A stretch of 63,468 nucleotides of DNA, counting the filler, from Sphacelaria rigidula (taxonomy: Eukaryota): assembly GCA_964200075.2 (NCBI GenBank). It is 11 parts of 11 records of this genome, joined end to end, with 100 filler letters (N's around TTAATTAATTAA, not from the genome) between each part and the next. Parts side by side here need not be neighbours in the genome. Positions count along the whole stretch, not along the records: positions 52,013 to 57,690 come from CAXNAA020025314.1; positions 57,791 to 63,468 come from CAXNAA020025315.1; 9 more parts are not named here. The stretch is one strand, 5' to 3'. This document shows, piece after piece, positions 52,237 through 63,468 of this stretch. Made by a program: the position numbers and the translations under genes. Within the stretch, counting starts at the first letter, position 1; each line of letters starts with the position of its first letter. Under the pieces are notes generated by a model. The model ran no database searches and was not told the origin of the DNA. It saw nothing but the letters and a program-made list of their open reading frames with translations.

Positions 52237-55200
52237 GTTTCAGGTGGGCGAACTCCGCAAGCACCAGCTGCTCGAGACACGCGTACGCTGCTACGCACTG
52301 CGACACGAACGGGTCGCTCAGCCCCACCCTCGGCCTCCTCCGTCGGCGAAAGCCGCAGAGAATGGGGACCTAGAGGCGGGCGGTATCTCCTCTGCTAGTC
52401 TGGAGGCGAAATTGCCTGACCAGGTACGCTGTGCAGGGGGTGTATCGATGAATATGGAGTAACGGAGTGATGGGGTAATCAAACCTGTACTCATTTGTTT
52501 CTTGTGTAGTGTTTTTTTTTTTTTAAACAAGAGAGCTATGCGCAGGTCTTTCTTTTATTGTGGGGTAGACACCCGTCGATATATTCAGATATGTATATAT
52601 GCAGGCTGGTTCCGGGTGAAGACCCCATATGCACCCGTCCGCGAAACTTAACTACGGTTTTTGGAGGTGGATCATGAAAATTTCCACTCATGAACTTTCG
52701 GTCATTGCGAAAATATTCAAGGACGTTTCTTTATTTTCTTAATTTGTTCGCCGGTTACTGGAGGTCACAGGGATTTGGCTTTTTGGGGGGGATCACATGC
52801 CGTTCTGGGACCCCTGATAACCCGACGAAATAAAAAGTAAGAAGTCCGTCCTTGAAAAGTTCTTCATGATCTATAGTACATGCGTGTAGATTTTTAGAGC
52901 CTTAACTCGAAAATCCGGCGCTGAAGTGTACCGCGCCCGGCACAACCTCCCAACCAGTCGATTTTCACTATTGTAATGCGTTTTTCGACGTGAAAATAAC
53001 CCCCCTTGCATCAGTTTATCGAGTCTCGCAACGAACCTTTGTACGAATATTGCGTGGACTACCCTGGGACGAGTACATTTTTTTACATATGCCTGGGGCG
53101 TCCTGTACCGGCTTCCGGGGGTCCTCGTGTGGAGGCCCCTGGAAGCCGGTAAAGAGCGGAGAATCTTCGGAACACTTTTCAAAAACATTTGTTTCACATT
53201 TGGAGCACCAATATACACCGAACTGCCGAGTTTTAGGATGAGCTGAGCATTTTTACAACACATACAAGGGAAACCGTCTCGAGGCTTTCTGGGTGTTTGG
53301 CGCACGTCATCTTCCGACGACACCAAATTCCGACGTCGCCGAGCTACTACAACTTCGATTCTATAGTAGCCGTTTATAAATATGTTTTTGTCCCGTTAGA
53401 TTCCCGAGCTGATGGCGGTCAGTACGATATAAAGCATATGGAGGGAGGGTATGAGTTGGCTTGGAAGTTCGTTTTTTGCATTTCAGCAGAGTTTGCAGGC
53501 GCCGATTGGTCGAGGTCCCTTTTGCGCTCCTAGCGACACCCCTATGACGTTGAACCATACCCTGGGTTCGTCACCCTCTTCACTTGTTCATGGCGATCAG
53601 TGTGATACAATGTGTGGGACAGTTAGATAGTCACTACGAAAGGCATTCGCTAATGACGCAGTTTGTTTTGGCGCTCACCGTGAACCAGCCTGTATATATT
53701 TATACATGTGTGTACGGTCCTCTATATTCATATGTATGGGGAAAAACCGTAATCGGTGTGCGGGTAAGGGGCCTAACTCTGACGACAACCAGCTTTACTC
53801 CAACCCGCTCATCGTGTGGGCAAGGAAGCGAGGCAGACCGGGGGGGGGGGGGGGGGGGATTGAGTCGCATAGAGCAAAATAATTGCGTATTTGTTGAGTG
53901 CCAAACGCGTCCAGAAAAGGCCCAATTTTGTCTACGCCTCTTCACTGCCACCGCTCAAGTTTTTAGGTCAAACGCGGTAATATTGTGGGTATAGTACAGT
54001 GACCAGCGGCTTACTCATGCCCCAGATTTGGGAACAATGTTAGGATTTGGAATGCCGCTTTTTGGAGCACGTGCTACGTGTCACCCAAAGGAAACACAGC
54101 CGGTCATCTTTTCACATGCACCTTCTGTAGAGAACGCAAGCTTCGACTGACTTGTAGTAGTGGCGACATGGTGATATTTGGAGGGTGAGAAGCATTTGAA
54201 CGAATGGAAAACACCCAAACGTCTCCCTCGTCTCGGTGCGACTGCCGCGACATGATCATATTTGTTTTCGTTTCAGGTGTTTTTCCAGTGTCACAACATG
54301 CGGCTGCAGCACCCCGATGACGAGCTAGGCGGCAACCTTCTTCTTGTCCTACCACAGGTAATATATCCGTGATCGCGGTTGACGGATCAACAGGCCTCTC
54401 GTCCCGTTGTTCGCTTTCAAGGGGTCCTACGTCGTTTCAGAGGGTTTCATGGGGATGAGAGGGTGGGGGGTGGGGAGTTGCCTTGAATTCCAGAGTTACG
54501 TGTTTGCTTTTGCATGTTTTTTTCTTTTTTGCGGTGTGGTCTGCCGCAGAATATGAGTGTTCCGTGTTCGCTCCGATATTTTCTTTGTTTCAGGCATGTT
54601 CGTGTAGTGTTCGCAGTCGGATGGAAGCACATCAGCCTTTTCTCGCCTTGAGGTGAAGACAAAGGCAAGACAACGACAGAAGGAACGCTTTCTGAATGTC
54701 GTCCCTAAGACCTAAGTTTAGAGCTTACAATATTGAGCCGCGGAGCCGTTCTGGCTCGACTGAACACTGGCTAACGTACTGGTTCCCGGACCGTTCCTGT
54801 TGATACCTTGTACTAAACCGTACTGGCTCCTACCAGGCTGGTTGACCACATGCCCGAGAATCTACGTATGAGATGCATGTCCAATATATAATCTGCACCG
54901 GACACGAGAGGTAGAGAGCGGATGTGTTGCGCATGTTTGCTCTTTGGAATTGCCCCCTTATCACCCCTGGGTCTGTGACAGTACAGCCCTGTAGATGTAG
55001 CTTTGCTTGCGCTCGACCTCTGGATCGTGTTGACTGTTTCTGGCCAGTGCCCCTTCCGCGCACTGCTGTGCGCTGATGATCTTGAGGGCATGCTCGAAGG
55101 CAACTACTGTAGTTTATAGCATGACTTTTATCATCATACTGGAGCGTATGGATGGAAAACATGAAGTTTACGACCATGTGACCCCACTCGCAGCTGCTCA

Positions 55201-55742
55201 CTGTGTGTCCGGGTCTAAGAATCCCGCAGGCGGCGAAGGCGTCAGCCAGCAAAGGAAGAATATCTCGCTCAAATAATTTCTTCAGCAAGTCTTTCAGTCC
55301 TGTTTAGCCTCGGGTACGTCTGTCATGTGACCACGGTTGGGTCCCCGGGGAGTCAGTTGAAGTGCGACAATCAGAATAAAAATGAAAACGAAAATATCTA
55401 TACCCGAAATCTTCAGTCACAGCTCTTCAAGTTAGATATATCCAGTACAAAATGGGCTATTGCCAAAGCTCACGAATGAACAGTAGAAGCTGCCCCCTCC
55501 AAAAAAAACCCCGCAGTGTCTTATACCTCCTCGTCTTCTCCAGGTGCTGTAGATTGTGGCACAACAAATCAACCATTTGTCGAGAGTAAACGTTCTCCTT
55601 TCTCATTGTTTTTCTCCGACTGCTGTGTTGCGGATTTTGCAGACTGTGGTTCACCGGATCGACGCGTGGTCTCCCATGATGCCCCCTCCCCGATGGATCT
55701 CAGCTAACGGAATGGTTCAATGGGGCCTCCACCAGGACAAAG
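52237..55742 (+). CDS. Inward-rectifier potassium channel (Kir/IRK) cytoplasmic domain, partial
   Basis: Exons 52237(or 52244)-52423 (FQVGELRKHQLLETRVRCYALRH), 54277-54357 (VFFQCHNMRLQHPDDELGGNLLLVLPQ) and 55643-55742 (TVVHRIDAWSPM) join in frame at AG/GT sites. They match the Kir motifs MFRV.NLRKSHLVEAHVR and P.TIVHEIDE.SPL. Possible further exons lie at about 57008-57111 and 57417-57490. Confidence 0.85.
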
Positions 55743-58700
55743 GTATGCTGTGCTATGCCAGAATATTAGGTCGGGTTGTGCGCGGAAATATACGTGGAGA
55801 GCTCGTTGCTGATGTTTCTGGGGTTCCTGGACCCTGGTACCCCGCACCAACCCCATGTGCGGTTTTTGCATGGATCAGACACCTTCTCAGCTGACGCCGA
55901 TGCCCCTGAAAAAACCGCCTTCGACGATTTCAACCCTGTGCGTGGCCCATGCGAACCCTAGACTGAACGACTGGAGTGTAAGCATAGCCTCCGCGGCAGC
56001 TTCAGCTTTCTCACGTTTGACTTGTCGATGTCCTTGGATAAAATGATTTCGTGATGAGGCAGAAGAGCATGTCACTTCACGCGCTTTTCTTGAGTACTTG
56101 GAATCGTTGCTGCTCGGAGCTCTGGATGCAGGAGGCATTTTGATTCCCCAGCGTGTCAACGCACCAGGGCGGTGTGTTGCGCGGGCTCACCAGTGCATAC
56201 CGTACTGCCCGCAAACAAGTGCAGGAAGGGTTCACCCCTGAACGAGCGAGGGTTTCCGATTTGCCTTCGTTGAGGTTGGGACTAGAGTTCCGGTTATGAT
56301 TGGGTTTGCCCTGAGGGGGAATCGGTATGTTGGAAATTGTTCTTCAGAGGATAATCTCGACTCAAGGTAGGAGGACGAAGATCCGCACTATATGATACAC
56401 CGATCACCAATGCTTTCGAGCCACGAGTCAGCCGCTAGCTTTCAGGTCAGCCGATGAAGTAGCACCTCCACCTACCTACCTCAGCGCCGTCATTCCAAAG
56501 GTACCGTGTACTCCAGGGAGCCATGTTTCCAAAATGTTTTATTAAAGTGTTTTCTTGTGTATTGCTTAGTCAAAGAGATGCAGGGTGGTGTTGCTGCTGC
56601 CCGTGAGTGCTCGCTGTACAGAAATACAGACGTCTTCAGTTTTGGACGTGGTCTCTCATACCCGCCGATCTATCCATCCGTCCACGCACCCGCCTTGCCG
56701 ATATTGAGGGCCCAGACATGATGAACTCCCATGGTGAATATTGTGCTTGCAGTTTGTCGGATCCATTTTGGAGGACGGCAGTAGTTTTGTACACATTGTG
56801 ATCACCTCAGCCCCTCATTTCTTATCTCAGATGGTACTTTCGGCAGCTATCGTATATACATCTGCTCTGAGCTCCGCCTGGGATTCACTCGTGCACGACC
56901 CCGCTAAAGTCAACATGCGGGCAGCCCCCCCCCCCCCCGAACCCGCACACACACCTACGCCCGTTCCGGTTCAACATACCACTGGATTTCTGGATCGAAT
57001 GACACAGACATCCTGAAGGCGCCGTGGGAACAGAAGGAAGGTAACCTGGGAGAGGGCCAACCGGAAGACCAATCATATCCCGGTGCGGACAGCATCTACG
57101 GCGGCCCCAAGGTGAAGTCGACCCTCGTTTCATTGGTGCTTACATGGGATTATTTGCTTGCACTTGTCATGTTTTGCTTCTCTCTGCTCGTTATTGTTAT
57201 CTTCTCGTCGTGTTCCTGTGCTGCTCCTCTGTGCGCATTGCGTATCCTGCTATCCCGCTCGCTTGCTCGCTTGCTTGCTTGTTTCTTTCGTTGGCCTGTT
57301 CTTCGGCGTTTTAACTGGTGTGATCATTATAATCTCGCTCGTTTGTTAGTTTCTTCTTCAGCGTGTTATTTCGTTCCCGCGTGCTTCTACGCGTTTGCTT
57401 GATGCCCATCATACAGTCTGGGTGCGACGGTTCCATCAGGAGAGACAGCCTGGGCAGGGGGGTCGACAACTACTGGGAGGGGTCATCCAAGTACGGGACT
57501 GTCGAAATATTGATGTTTACCAGTGTTTGTTTCAGACATTTGTGTCGGAATGCCCACGATCTCTACTCAGAAAATAGAACACGAACAAATAAATCAAACG
57601 GACTCCCCCCCCCCCCCCCCCCCCCCCGCCAGACACACGCGGAGGAGCCCGCGCGCGCGGCGAGAGGGAACAAGTGCAGCCCCACAGGACNNNNNNNNNN
57701 NNNNNNNNNNNNNNNNNNNNNNNNNNNNNNNNNNTTAATTAATTAANNNNNNNNNNNNNNNNNNNNNNNNNNNNNNNNNNNNNNNNNNNNACCATTGACC
57801 ACGCATCCCTTTCGAGACGGAGCACCGTTCCTACTCCTAATAGAGACACCTCCAACTTCCTATTCGAGGGGGGGGAAAGTACTCATGATCATGCATACCA
57901 CAGTCGTAAGACTATTGACCTTGAATTCCTACAAAGCCGGGACGGAGCGCGCCGGGTTTTCGCCGGACCAGGCTCTCACTCAAACCACCAAGCGCGAAGT
58001 GCCGTGGTGTGTTCGGCGAGTAGCATGAAGGGCGAGCTCCACCCTGCCAAGATTGTTCGGCCGGAGGCGTACTGATTATCTAGCATATGGATGACAACCT
58101 CCAATAAGTTGCTTTACTTTCTGGCATCGCCACTTCCAGTGGGGGGAGGGAAGAGGGGACGAGTTGCTTCCGAAACGTGCAAATCGGAAAAAATAAACTG
58201 GAAAAAAAAGGACAATCAACATTCGAAATCTAGTGTTGTTATTGTTGTTGCTGTAGGAGTACTACCATCACCATATACCAACGAGCAAAATCTTCGTCGT
58301 TCCACGCCGGGCCGTGTCCCTACTGGAAACACACAATTGTTCTTTCTGACAATTTTAGGGCCGGCTTGGGGGAGGACGGGCTATCTCGCCATCATTCGGC
58401 AAAGAAACATATTCCACGACACCGGAACGTTGGACACCAACGCATCACCTCACGACTCAGGTCTTGTTCGTACTGCCGGGGATAAATTCAAGCACGTCAA
58501 CAACGAATTTCTCGTAGATTGCTGCAGTCGCATACATGCTCCATGCGGGTACACACTGATGAAGTGAATATTATATACCGCAAACGCCCTTCGGCACTAC
58601 TGTGCAGAAACCACCAACCATTATCATAACTATTTCTTATGTGGAGATCGCCATTTGGGCATGTGCGGAGAGATTTCCTTTTATGACGTGTAACCTAGTG

Positions 58701-59055
58701 AACGGCTGTTACAGGGGTAAGTTCGCAGGAGCCCCGAAACTTCCATATCTGTACAGCCGGATCTGGGACCCCAAGGTAACAGGGATCTTCCCAGCGAACT
58801 GCTGGCTATCCCTGGGGATCACTCTTGACCAAGACTCTCAGACTTCGTCATCGGGCTAACTCGCTCGCGCTCGTCGAGCTTTCCCGAGTGATCCACTTTG
58901 CCTCAACCCCACGACTTACGGTCAATCCTTGACTAGATAACCCGAGGGAAATCATCGGCCACCTTCGACGGTTTCTACCGTCACCGGGAGTCTCACGACT
59001 TCCACATTGGCATTTATTCCCAAAAGCTGAAAGAATAGAGGAAAAAACCTTTCAC

Positions 59056-62000
59056 ATAGTTGAGGAAAGACATGAGAGGCACCGGATCTTGTCAGCTGTA
59101 GCATTGGCGAAGGAAAATTTGCACGAGCGCGTCGAGGGACCTTCGAGCTCAGAAGCACTCCTTTTGTTCGTTAACGGGGTTTTATCACTAGACCAAGTAG
59201 TCAGCGCTGGTTGCTTCGTCCATCTAGTGGTAAAATCCCGACGACGGACACCGCTTACACTCGATAATTGACAACAGGTATAGACACGAGAGAGAGCAAC
59301 GAGGATTAATCTAGAGAGAGAACAACGACCTCCTTGTGTGATCAATATGGGTACCTATACCCAGGCGTGAACCTGAAATGAAGAGGCCTTGTCTTCCCAT
59401 GATGAAAACAAAACAGCGAGAATCGAAACAAGCGTCCAAACCCAGCACGCTGATGGGTCGCCGGGCGGGAAAAACAATCAACGTGCTGCTTTTGGGCGCT
59501 TGTTCCACTTCCCGTCTTTATTTTATCCCGTAGAGAATTGTCCCAATCCTTTAGATATGTTTTGAATTGCGCGCAGTGGATTTGTTCTCTACTGTGCCCG
59601 GGTCTGAACCCCATTGCAATCAACGCAAAGTAGTGACTCGTGCGCCGCCTCGGCGATGCCTGCCCACCACCACCCTGCCCCTCTGCTTGTTAGTTAGTCA
59701 TCCTGCAATAGGGAGGGGGTATTCTGTGTCATATCTTCCTCGAAATTTCACGTCGAATCGACGTTGAAAGCAGAAACTACTGTTCGAACTCATTTCTCAC
59801 TAATGAGACACACTCATGCGTACTGGTTGACACCGATCTCACCCAAATACAAGTGCACTGCGAATGTGTTAGGTCATCTGACACACACCTATGAGCCCCT
59901 GTTTTTCGTGCAACCAAGCACCACAACACCCCTTATCGCAGGATCACTCTAGTGGAGGATCCTGGTCACGGTTGGCACAAAAGAGATGTGCGCCGTCTTT
60001 GAGGTCAAATGACCGAAGAAAATTGGGGCGTCAGCCAAACGCGCACATTTCCGGGCGATTTCGTGATCAGCTGTGTAGCTGACGTTTGACTATTTCCGCC
60101 CACTGTTGTCCCGTTTGTAAGCTCATCTGCCGCAAAAACACTCGCCTAGAATGACTCCAACAGTACCACCCTTTCAGCAACGTCTGTCAGCAGGGTTTCG
60201 CTTACCCTAGAAGAATCCGTATAATAGAGCCCTCCGCTGGTAAGTACAGAATCCAGCTATACGCTTCAATCGTAGTAATCTACGGCTACAGCGACAGGAT
60301 GGCGCGAATTTTCATAGACATACACGTGCGGCAATGGGCCGAATAGGCGAAAAGCTAACGCTCAACCGGAGGGGGAAACATGCACCGCTTGTCGTCAAGC
60401 AACACATGTTGCAGGATGCACCGTGCCCTTGCCCTGTTGTTTTCACCCGTTTGCAGTCTTTTAGAGCACTTGCGGTTCTGAAGTGTGATAGTGTAGCTCA
60501 TGCCCTAGCGCTTGTGATGCGTACATCACTCCCACTTGTGAAACATATGATGGCAGTGTGCATCCTATATTCTGAAGAGTACTCGTCACTAGCGATTATG
60601 TTGGCGACTTTCCTGGAACAAGACGGCGCGTTCAGTGTAGCGCACACCGTACGCTCTACGCGAGTTCGCCTGTGCTGCCGTGCATTGTATATACTCGCCG
60701 ATACGACATGTCCCACAAACTCTGTAGAACGCCGAAATGTAATACTTGAAAGCTTTATCAGCAACTCTACGTGCCCGGCCTCTATCAGACAGTGTTGACT
60801 GAGCGATGGGGAGTTCTTGATCAAAGAAAAAAGAAAATAGTGTAGGCACATGTACTCCATCATTGATGAACAGCGTACTGGTCTGGCGTCTTTTCAAATT
60901 TTTCAGTCGCTCAAGTGTGTCTCTCTGACCGACAATTTATGTGGGTTCCTTCTGTACCAAAGTGTTCAACTCACCTATGATATTGTTACACAAATAAACG
61001 CCACGCATTTCCAAGCGGTCTCACATACTCAAGTCCTCACCTCGAGTTTGCCCTTTCGTGTACTTGTTGAGGTGCAGCTGAGGCGGGATCTTGACCGGGG
61101 CTCGGATCTTCGTCATCTTCACCTCGCCGCCACGATGGACTCTGATTACGTAGTACCCACAAGAACGGTGGGGCGGGGGCGGGGGAACAACAAATACAGA
61201 GAAGCACGGCTAGCCTAAGCGGTGCGGGGTAAAAGCCAAGGATAATTGGTGTGTGAATACATGCTATAGCGGCAGAGGGGGGGAAATATCCCACGAACAT
61301 GAAATTATTGGCCGGGAAGATTTTGACTTTGGAGCCAACTCGGCATTGCGTGTCGTTTTGCAACATGTCGTGTGATCCCAAACATTTAGACGCGAGTGAC
61401 GCCGAGATAGTCCCCGCCGATCAATTGCTGTTTCGAGGAGGCAACATCTACATGAAAACCAAAATAGACGAAAGCCGGGCGGACCGAGCAGCTGGGAGCC
61501 CCTATTCTTGGGATCGGTGTGGCCACTATTGCCCATATGAGGGGCTTCATGAAGTCTGCGACCGGTTATCATGTACTGTACGACCGTTTTCTTCGTGGCT
61601 GTTTCGAGTCTGGTTTAGGGGGGGAAAGGGGGGGTCGCGGCATCACTCTCACGCGTCCACATTGGAGCACGACTTTCTCACAGCATGAAACCATGGTGGG
61701 AGTATTGATCGAGTGTTCTTGGCTAGTCACACAACGAGGGACATATATTCCACGTGATGCAACGTATCGAAGTAAAACGGTATTCGCTCAAGTGCGGCTT
61801 GGGAACCTTTCTACCACACAAGTGATGAGTGCAGAACACGTTGGCGCGAAGGCGACAAACTACCAATCAACAAGCGAAGAACCGTAACCCTCAGTATGAT
61901 GCATACAGAGTGCCGAAGTAAACGCAACACGCAATCTTATACTACAGAAAACAACTTCGGAAGATGGTCGGCACCAGCTATTGAGTTGCATAGGTATATT

Positions 62001-62301
62001 CGCGGCGCACTAATATGGCGACTGGTGGGAAAGTGGCATACCCTCGTGCGCTTAGACGCTTTTGCATAATATTCGTACTACTGTATAGGCCTTGCAAGAA
62101 TGGATGCAAGTGTGAGTCACACTTGCACAGAAGCCTACAAGACGTTCTGCCAGCGCATTAACACGTGCTCTTGGCTGTCAGCCATAAGCATATGTGCCAG
62201 TCTCACCCCTTGAAACGCATGAGGTGGATCACCAGTGTTTCCGGCAGCTTGCGGCGACATCCCGTCGACGACGATCCATCCAAGTCTTTTCGGGTCACAT
62301 C
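59056..62301 (-). CDS. Ubiquitin-specific protease (peptidase C19) fragment
   Basis: Exons 62207-62301 and 61041-61141 join at phase 2 to give KLPETLVIHLMRFKGVHRGGEVKMTKIRAPVKIPPQLHLNKYT, matching the USP LP..L.IHLKRF...K....V.FP..L.L..Y boxes. Phase-compatible downstream candidates 60746-60815 and 59056-59223 are less certain. Confidence 0.72.
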
Positions 62302-63468
62302 CTGGGTAAGTACGAAGTGGGGGTGCGCAAACCCGGCTATCTCATATTTCCAGTCATCGACGTTACACACCTGGTCGTACGGAGCCTCGTGCAGGGTGGC
62401 TGTGCAGGGTGGTTGTGCCAAGTGGTTGTACAGGATTCAACCCTGCATAAGGTTTGACACAGGGCAGGGTTGCAACGCTCTACGCAGTAGTGTAATCCTG
62501 AACAGGGTTGAGCACTGCACAGGGTCACGGATTTTTTGTCCTCTCCGTTGGATGCGTCCGGGACCAGGTTTAGGTCAGGGCTGGATACATACGTGGAACC
62601 CCTGCTTCTACGAACTGTTTTTTTTTGCGGTGTCTCTAAAAATATACATTAGCTTGTAGGGGAAACCCCTTTTCGACACTGGGTGCTGTGGGGCTTCTGG
62701 TCGCGTTTGAGAGTTGCCACATGTGTTTCTGACTTTCAACATAACATATGTTCACATGAAAAGTATGGTAGGGGACAACGAGTTGGTGCAGGGAGGCACA
62801 TTTGTCTGCCCCGCAGTCACTTTCAAAGAACTTAGCTGACTTCTGCGCACGCTCTTCCAGGCCCTTGACTGCGACCTTTTGGCAGCGTTTTTTCGCCCCT
62901 TACCATACAAGCAGTGCCGCTAATTCGATATGATCGTATGTGTTGCAATATCCAGCGCCAAATGCTCCTGGAGAAGGATGCGGTAATTGTTAGCGTGGGA
63001 GAGGTTTCTGCCCCGCAGTAGGAATTTACGGATAACTACGTGGGCTCCAGAATCTGCCAATATGCACGGAGCATATAAGACTGGGGGAGACCTGCTGCAT
63101 GATGATCGTTCCGGTTCATCTCAATTGAGGGTCTTGCTATTTACGTCAGCGTTGACATACTCTGTTACATCCGCCAACGTTGACGCAATCTGTTACATCC
63201 GTCAGCGTTCAGCATCCGTCCCACAAGCCCCGCATGACTAATGCCGAGATGGCCCCCCCACAAAAAGTGCACGGGAGACCGTCCGACAAATTGGCTGCAA
63301 CCCCACTTGTGGGCTCCTTTGCAGCAATGCCGCCCACATGAAAGGCTTGTAGCAGTCCGAAATCAGCTATAACGCCCAAATAGGTCGCGTCGTGGAACAC
63401 GAAACCAGCTCTAACGGCGTTCATGATCATCGCCTCCGTACACATTTTTGGCCGATTTGGAGGGGGGG

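Noticed and set aside
54800..56350. Coding-like minus-strand ORFs inside Kir introns (also 36170-36900 in an ASCC3 intron and 47700-48450)
   Set aside because: Possibly old TE debris, but I could not identify any diagnostic motif.
5725..57746. Regularly spaced TTAATTAATTAA motif about every 5.78 kb as a biological periodic signal
   Set aside because: It is always centred in 88 N and is a synthetic six-frame stop linker. ORFs containing X runs and ending LIN or N are artefacts.
25228..62301. Functional cluster of kinase, BI-1, ASCC3, fimbrin, Kir and USP as one system
   Set aside because: Each gene is on a different contig, placed together only by length sorting.

Overview
This window is not one locus. 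It is 11 unrelated contigs of 5,678-5,680 bp, sorted by length and joined by an artificial 100-nt linker (44 N + TTAATTAATTAA + 44 N). The DNA is eukaryotic, intron-rich and repeat-rich; gene structure and protein style suggest a brown alga or related stramenopile (inference). Manual splicing recovers partial multi-exon genes: an ASCC3/Slh1 Ski2-like helicase (3 of its 6 complete introns need GC donors), a Bax-inhibitor-1/lifeguard membrane protein, a fimbrin/plastin CH domain, an inward-rectifier K+ channel cytoplasmic domain, a USP deubiquitinase, a probable OCRE-domain protein and two unknown genes. There is also an intronless, frameshifted Ser/Thr kinase. Mobile DNA includes two LINE RT remnants, a Copia remnant, a tRNA-derived SINE family, and hAT-, piggyBac- and Sola-like MITEs with visible TIRs and TSDs, plus several foldback elements. 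I found no convincing new multi-gene system, and cross-contig neighbourhoods are artefacts.
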